NCBI GenBank assembly: GCA_963693365.1
Contig: CAVNZM010000002.1
Span: 2,496,259 to 2,560,258 of the forward strand
Source of the DNA: Amoebidium appalachense
Taxonomy: Eukaryota > Protista > Ichthyosporea
DNA: 64,000 bases
Direction: 5' to 3'
The stretch's first letter is position 1; every line of letters starts with the position of its first letter. This document shows, piece by piece, positions 56,926-64,000 of the stretch. The translations under genes and the position numbers were made by a program. A model generated the notes under the pieces. That model saw nothing but the letters and a program-made list of their open reading frames with translations, had not been told where the DNA came from and made no database searches.

Positions 56926-58876
56926 ACCCGAATTCTTAACAATAACCCCATGGTTCGTGCTGAATCGCACCGTAAGACCTTTCCCATATAAGTGGAATAA
57001 TTCAGTAATTCTTTTTTTTGCGGGTGATAGGTCGAGTAATGGGCTCTTGGCCGGAGGCCCTTTTACTAAGTTGATTTTTGCTGCTTGTCAGTCAACAGGA
57101 AACTTTTAAGCTGAAGTTTCAAATGGTGTGGCTGCTCAGGCTAGGGTTAGTTCACGTAGTCGAATGCCAAGAAGTATCACGGATAAATACGGCGTATCGA
57201 GAAGGCATTAGGAAGCAAATAAAAGAACGACAACCAAAGTCCCCCCCCCCCTCCCTCCTCCCTTTCCCCCTCCCCAATTAATTATAGAGCACGTACTGCC
57301 ATACAAACAATATATCAACGATTCATCGAATCCACGTGCCATTGCACAGGGTATACATTTTTCGAGGCGAGATAAGCTTTTATCGAGAACTCTTACAGGC
57401 TGAAGGTTGATATCCCCCCCCCCCCCCCCCCCCCCCCCTCCCCTTCAATCATTCTGGGCTCCGGGGGCCCCCGGGGGGTTTGTTGAACATACCCACTTCC
57501 TCAACACATGGTTTTTTGGCGCTGCTAAAACGTCTAGATAGCAATTGTTTGCCCCTCATCGTGCTACTTAGCTCCGTGACCCGCCCTATGTAATCACACA
57601 CGGGCCCCAGTACTGGTACTACAGTGTTATGCATTTTTCAAGTCCAGAGTTCAGCATCTATGTATGTATGGCTGTGTTTCCTCCTCGGCGTCCTGTATAC
57701 GTACCTGTTAGCCTCTCCATCCTCTCAGCAACTAAGCCTCTTCCTTCAGCACACACAAACACACGCACATGCACACACACACACACACACACATGCGCAC
57801 AGCTAGACATACGCGGCACGCGCGCGCGCACACACGCACACAGCGCGCGCGCGCACACACACATACACACACACACACGCACACGCACGCGCACACACAC
57901 ACGCACACGCACACGCACACGCACACGCACACGCGCGCGCGCACACACACACACATCAATCTGTACGACTCTCTCTTGCTCTTTTCGGTGTCTTCGAGCT
58001 CTACTTCTCTCACATGTGCCTCTCGAACTGTCTTATCGCTTTCTCCACCTCTCGCCCTCTGCTTTTTGGAGGGAGTCAGAGTGAGCCTACAGTGTACACA
58101 AGAGCTCAGGGGAAGACCAGTGGGCCGCTCGAGGGAGCCGTCACAGCCATGCATGCATGTGTTCACTCACTGAAGACCTATGTGCCCAAGTAAACATAGT
58201 GATCTTCTAAACGTTATGACCCAGAGACCTTCTTGCACCTTACATATCCGAAAGAGAGGGAGGCTTCTCGCCCCCCAGGTGGGGAAAGGGGGGGGGGGGG
58301 GGAGGCTGTTCTTGTTTGCTGCACCCACCGAGAGTTCGTTTCATCAAAAAATGTTGCAGAGCCCTTCAGCAGATAACAAATCGGTCTATATATTTGTCAG
58401 GTTCCTGACCCGACTTCAGTGTCAGTTGACCAACAAGATCAAAAAAATCTTTTCTATGGTTTTGACATCAGCCTCATACTTCCATTATAAGAGTCGTACA
58501 AGGACTGATATTAGTCACAAAGACTTTCCGATCTGACAGTGCGGTGTGACATCGCGGTTCCTTCACGCAAACAAACCACTTGGATAAAACACACACAACC
58601 TATTGTCCAATACAAACCAGATGATCTCAACTTGACGTAATGGAACAAATGTACATCAATAACTACAGTGTCGGGTCATTCGTCCTGAGTAAGTTAACTT
58701 TATATTTTCGCTAGCACTAGCCCCCCTCCCTCCCCCCCCTCCCCCCCCCCCCCCCTCCCCCCCCCCCCCCCCCCCCCCCTCCCCCCGGTGCTCTTAGCAC
58801 GAGTATACATGTCTCGTTGGTTCTCTAGAAGACAGGAAGAAACGAAAAAATGACAAAAAAATGTGTGTGTGTGTGT

Positions 58877-58925
<49 letters not shown>

Positions 58926-59048
58926 GGGGGGGGGGGGAGGAATAAAACAGAGAAAAAAGATGACGGAGAGTCGAACACCAAGCACTTGTTTCGATGTGCT
59001 CGAGCTATAACTATCTATCTATGTAGTCAACATGTCGAGGCTGACCAA

Positions 59049-59387
59049 TCACATCTGCCTTTGAAGCACCTGCTCGGGAGAGAGGCACGGGTTAGCATTA
59101 GGCATGATCATACACTACACCATCTCCCCATCACGGTAGCAAAGAACATGTGCCCACAAGAGAGCACACACGGTTGTACTGACAGAGAACACAGGACACA
59201 CTCCACTTTCCTTCACGCTACCTACACGGGTGCAGGCACACACACACACACATTTGCCGACATGTGTATGCACTTGCATCACCAAACACATGCACAGTTT
59301 CTTACGCACGCACACCATAGAAATTTCATCAACTCACCTTCTCGCTATCCATCAGACACACGCGCTTACGCCCACACCCCATACACA

Positions 59388-59424
<37 letters not shown>

Positions 59425-59511
59425 CCCCTTTCCCCCTTCCTTCCTTCCCCACAGAAAAAAGAACAAACAAACAAACAAACACAAAACACCCACATCCACA
59501 TCCCCCCTTCC

Positions 59512-59564
<53 letters not shown>

Positions 59565-62500
59565 ACCCACCACCACCACCACCACCACCACCAAAAAAAA
59601 CAAACAAATAAAAAAAAACCCACATTCAGTCACCGCCCCACCCACCCAACCACCACATGAAAGGGAGAACAGTGAAAGCTGAATCAGTCATTACCCCCCC
59701 CCCTCCCCCCCTCCCCCTCCCCCCCCCCCCCCCCCCCCCCTCTCTCCTCCTCCCTCCCCCCCCCCCCTACACGAAAAAAAAAAAAGAAGAAGAAGTACAT
59801 CTAACCACACCCCCACCACACCACTAAAAAGTTCTAATGAGATCAAGAAAAAGATGCCACCCACAACACCCACCTCCAGCCTGGGCAGGGACTTAGCAAA
59901 CTCCTCAGCCTCAGCCAATAACTCTTCAACGCTTGGCCCGGGGGCAGGCCTGGGGGCTACGGCTACGGTTGCAGTTGACGCAATAGGTGGACGGATATCC
60001 CCTGCAGAATGCTCTGTAGGTGGGGCTTCATTTGTGGTGGGAAGGGGTTGGGATATTGGTGCAGGGGCAGGGGGGCTGGATGGTGGCGTATTGGTGTTGG
60101 TGGTGGTGGATACTTCGCGCGCGGATGTTGTAGTTTCGTCGATTTCCATTGGTTGAATGTCACTAGGAATGTCTTGCGCGTCTGGTGGCTCCGTAGGGTT
60201 CTCATTCGGACCTTCCCTGGGGGTTTCAGGTCTGTTTTCCGTCCCCTCGTTTCCATCTTCCTTCTTCTGTTCACCCTCATTCACACCCTCCAGTTCCACC
60301 ACGTTCTCTTTCTCCACCTTCTCCCTCTCCATCTCTCCCCCTTTCTCTTCCTCGTTCACCCTCCCTTCCTCCTCCACCTCTTCATTCACATTTGGCCTTC
60401 TATGCCTTGCACAGAGCAAATAGGCCATCACCAACGTCCTATCCTGCTCGTCCGATTCGTTTTTCTCCCACTCCACCTGCATCTCCCGTGCCGTTTTTCT
60501 CACCTCATATGCTGCCCGACACAACGCCACCGCATCTGGACCCACATCCCACATTGCCCAACCCTTCCTCATAACGGCTTTTTGCGTCGTGACGAATGCA
60601 GGCGCCGGGGGAGCAGCTGGCTCTGACGGTTTCTGTGTGGATGGTATTGGCTTCTGTTGATTGGTTGCGTCTGAGTGGGAAGTCTCGTCGGACTGGTTGA
60701 TGGCGCCCTTATCAGCATCTTCATTGGATGGTTCCTCCGCCGTGTCGATCTCCATTGGTGCCGAATCATCCACTCCCTCTCCTGCACCCTCGGCATCTTC
60801 ACTTCTATTAACATTTTGCCCGGAGACTGACTCCTCCTTTGCGCCTTCAACCACCGAAACGGGTGGTGGTGTTCCTGTTCTTGTAGGGGGGATTCCTTCT
60901 GGTCCACGGGTGCATCTTCGGTTTGATTCACCACACCTTGCTCTGTTGCCAACTCTGCGTTTGCAGAGACGTCAGTGTCTGTGGGTTGCTTGGCTGGGGA
61001 CGTTGTGTCTGTACCATAGAGCATGTCCCCTCCCTGCTCCGGTACCGATCCCGATTGGATGGGAGGTGGAGATGCAGGGGCTTGATCGGACCCGTTCATT
61101 GGTTGTTCGGAAGACGGGTCCGATGAATGTGATTGGGTGATTGGGATGGTGGGCGGTTGGGAGGACGCAGTGGTGATGTTGATTGTGACGGTGGTTTCGG
61201 CATTCATGGGGGGGATCTGTGGTTGTAAGGCATGTAAGTTGATATATGTGTTTGAGATCAATACACAGGCTGGAGCATCTCTACCCACATGCCTAACGCA
61301 CTTGTTCCTGTCGGCAAAAAGCCTTTCCATATAGACACGTCAGGCCACACACCCACATACCATATAATGCACCTGCGGCACATGTCCTTGCCCAATTCAC
61401 ATGCCTACATATCTCTGTGTGCGCAGAACCCCCCCCCCCCCCCCCCCAAAAAAAAAAAACAAAACAAAAAAAAACAAAAAAAAAAAAAAACACACACACG
61501 CACCCATACCCACACCCACACCTACACCCACAACCACACACACAGAAGCACACACACACAGCACACACACTCACAACTTCCCCCTCCTCCACACCCCCCC
61601 ACCCGCCCAACCACCCACCCACCCACCCACCTACACCTCCCCCACCCACCCACCCAAACTCACCCACCCACCCACCCACCCACCCACACCCACCCCACAT
61701 CCACATCCACTCATTTCCCCCACCCACCCATTCTTCCCCGACCCACTCCCCACCCCCCCCCACCCACCCACTCCCCACCCACCCATTCCTCCCCCACTCT
61801 CACCCACACCCCCACCCAGACCCACCCACGCACCTCATCATGCAGTCGTGCAATCTCCCTCTGCAGTGCCTGCAGGGTCTTTAATAGGGTGCTGCTAGCC
61901 AGGGTGCCGTAGTGGTGGGGCAGTATGTACTCGTTAATCAGGCCCCCCTTGAGCTCGGTAAATAGGCCCACCATGGCATATGTGTCCCCTAGCCCCTGCT
62001 GAATCTCCTGCAAAAAAGGCGAGGGAATGAGATTTTGTTGTGTTCAAAGAATTGAATGGGCTGCAATGCAAACGAGGGGATGATGGATTCTCATTTGTTG
62101 AAGGACTGAATTGGACCCGACCATGTTCGTGCTGCGTGTAAATGCTCTTGTGTTCATCTTGCATTGGAAAGGGAATGGTGAGGTGAGTGATTGCGTTGTG
62201 AGCAAGGGGTTGTTATGGAAAATGGAAAACAGAACGTGGGACCGGAAGGGGGATTGGGGGAAGGGGGGGGGGGGGGGGGGGGGGAGGAGGAGCGGAAAAA
62301 AATTGGGATGGGGGAGCAAGCGGTGGTGGGAGGAGGAGAGAGAGAGGGTCGGGGAGCTGCAACAACCAATGCAGAGCCCTAACTGTGCATACATAATGAA
62401 CAACATCATATATAGCTCAATCGGCCAATGGAAAGGAATCAGCTGCAACAACCGTGTGTGGACACGGGGGGGGAAGAAAGCGGCACAGGCAGTTGGGGGG

Positions 62501-64000
62501 GGGGGGGGGGGGGGGAGGGGGGGGGAGGGGAGGGCGAGGGGAGGAGGAACGAGAGGGAGAGGTGGAGAAGGGTGTGTGTGTGTGTGGGGGGGGGGGTTGA
62601 GTGTGTCTGTGAGTGAGTGAGTGTGTGCGTGTTTGAGTGAGTGAGTGAGTGTGTGTGTATGTGTGTGTGTGTGTGTTTTTTTTTTTGTTTTTTTTTGGGG
62701 GGGGGGTCATGTTGTTGGCACATACAAAGAGCAGTTCGAACCAGCGGGTGCAGTGCATCTGGTAGGACCCTGGCCGATCCAGACACCGGCCAGCCTGGTA
62801 GATGGACCGTGTCTCCTCCTAATAAGGCCATACAGCTATGGTCAGTATGCTATCCACTACTTGGGTGCGTGTACGTGTGTGTGTGTTTTGGGTGGGAGGG
62901 GGGAGGAGCTAAGAACCCCTAGGTGGGTTTGTGAGCTTAGCAGAGCACTGGGTTGGGATGTAAACGTGTCGGTATCTGTTGTTGAAATGGTAGAATCTAG
63001 AAGAAGGAGGAGGGGGAGAAGGGAAGGATTCCGGGGGAGACGCAGGGACAGAGAGAGGGGAAGGGGGGAGGGGGAAGGGGGGGGAGGGGGGGGGGGGGGG
63101 GGGAGAGGGGAAAAGTGAGGCATCTAGAGAGAAGTGCATGGATATGGGACAAGAGCAACAAAAAAAACTAAACTTTGTCAGGGTTGGAGATTGAACGAAG
63201 CCTTGTAATGATTCAGAAACCCCTGCTAAACTCCCAGCTCAACCCTCCCCCCCCCGTTCCCCCCCCCCCCCCCCCCCCCCCCCCTCCCCCCACCCCACCC
63301 CCTCCCCCCGCCCTCTTTCCCCCTCTCTCGAGTGATCCCCGGATTCAGAAGAAAAAGAACAACAAGAGAAGAAAACACCAACACCCACCCCTTACATCCT
63401 ATGTCCCTACCCACAAGCATCTATGTAGCTTATCAATGTATGTTTAAAGACACAAACCTTCAAGAAGTCGCCTGAGGTGTCAGCCAGTCTCCAGAAGTTC
63501 TTGAACCTGAGTGGGCCTCTTGCCTGCTTCTTAAATGTAGGTTGCAGTTTCTCCTGTGTGGATGGAGGAAAGAACAATAAGGAGGTGTAATTGCGGTGAA
63601 GTGCATAATGCGAGTGGTTGATTGGTGTCTGGGGATGATACATGTGGATGCACATTGTTATGACCACACAGAAAACTACATAATGGGGAAGGTAGGCAGG
63701 TAGGAAAGCAGGATGCAGCGTCTTGCGCATATATATCCAGGATTAATGGAATCTATATAGCAAACTCACCCTCCCCCCTCCCTATCCCCCCCCCCCCCCC
63801 CCCCCCCCTCCCCCCCCCCCCCCCCCCCCCCCTCCCTCTCTCCTACTTCTAGTAACGTGTAACAAGGGTGTCTGTATCCAAACCAGTGCGCCTTCCCCCC
63901 CCTTTTTCTCGGTTCAGGTGTCACTTCCCACCCCCAACGCAAGCAACTGCCAAGCCATACGCCGCCTTTTCTCCCTCTCTCCATATCTCGACATTTTTGC
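59049..64000 (-). CDS. CABIN1/Hir3-like protein (HIRA histone-chaperone complex), 3' portion
   Basis: Exons ~64000-63932 (EKAAYGLAVAC, tentative), 63553-63458 (FKNFWRL), 62818-62726 (LDRPGSYQMHCTRWFELL, matching CABIN1 WRI...IDRPGSF..H), 62007-61834, 61216-59874 (acidic, with a frameshift at 60886-60891), 59069-59049 (VLQRQM*). Confidence 0.72.

Noticed and set aside
56464-56970. Antisense ORF over the claudin-like gene (similarly 60009-60626, 13995-14402, 41001-41399)
   Set aside because: These are shadow ORFs caused by codon bias of the real gene on the opposite strand.

Overview
Eukaryotic, intron-rich genomic DNA whose introns are packed with poly-C/poly-G runs and (CA)n, (GA)n and (CGTG)n microsatellites. 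Nearly all ORF-track hits rich in HTHT, VCVC, PPPP or GGGG are repeat artefacts. The gene set (ADAM10/17-like protease, claudin-like protein, 7TM protein, fungal-type subtilisin) suggests a unicellular opisthokont such as an ichthyosporean, which is inference only. Exons were reconstructed by hand from splice sites and phase. The window holds a 5'-truncated ADAM10/17-like gene (+, 257-11836), a Ser-rich hypothetical ORF, a carbohydrate-binding-module protein ending in a CaaX box (+, 17289-22233), PSMG4 with a GC-AG intron (-, 24165-27487) and a 7TM protein (-). It also holds two small intronless genes, a decayed subtilisin gene (-) whose intron hosts an internally deleted piggyBac-like transposon and a ~350 bp foldback palindrome, an intronless claudin-like gene (+), and the 3' part of a CABIN1/Hir3-like gene (-). 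The best leads are the piggyBac with a Tudor-like N-terminus and atypical ends, the prenylated glucan-binding protein, the strand-biased C-run/(CA)n-AG intron architecture, and a mini membrane protein with an integrin-beta/Sib-like tail.
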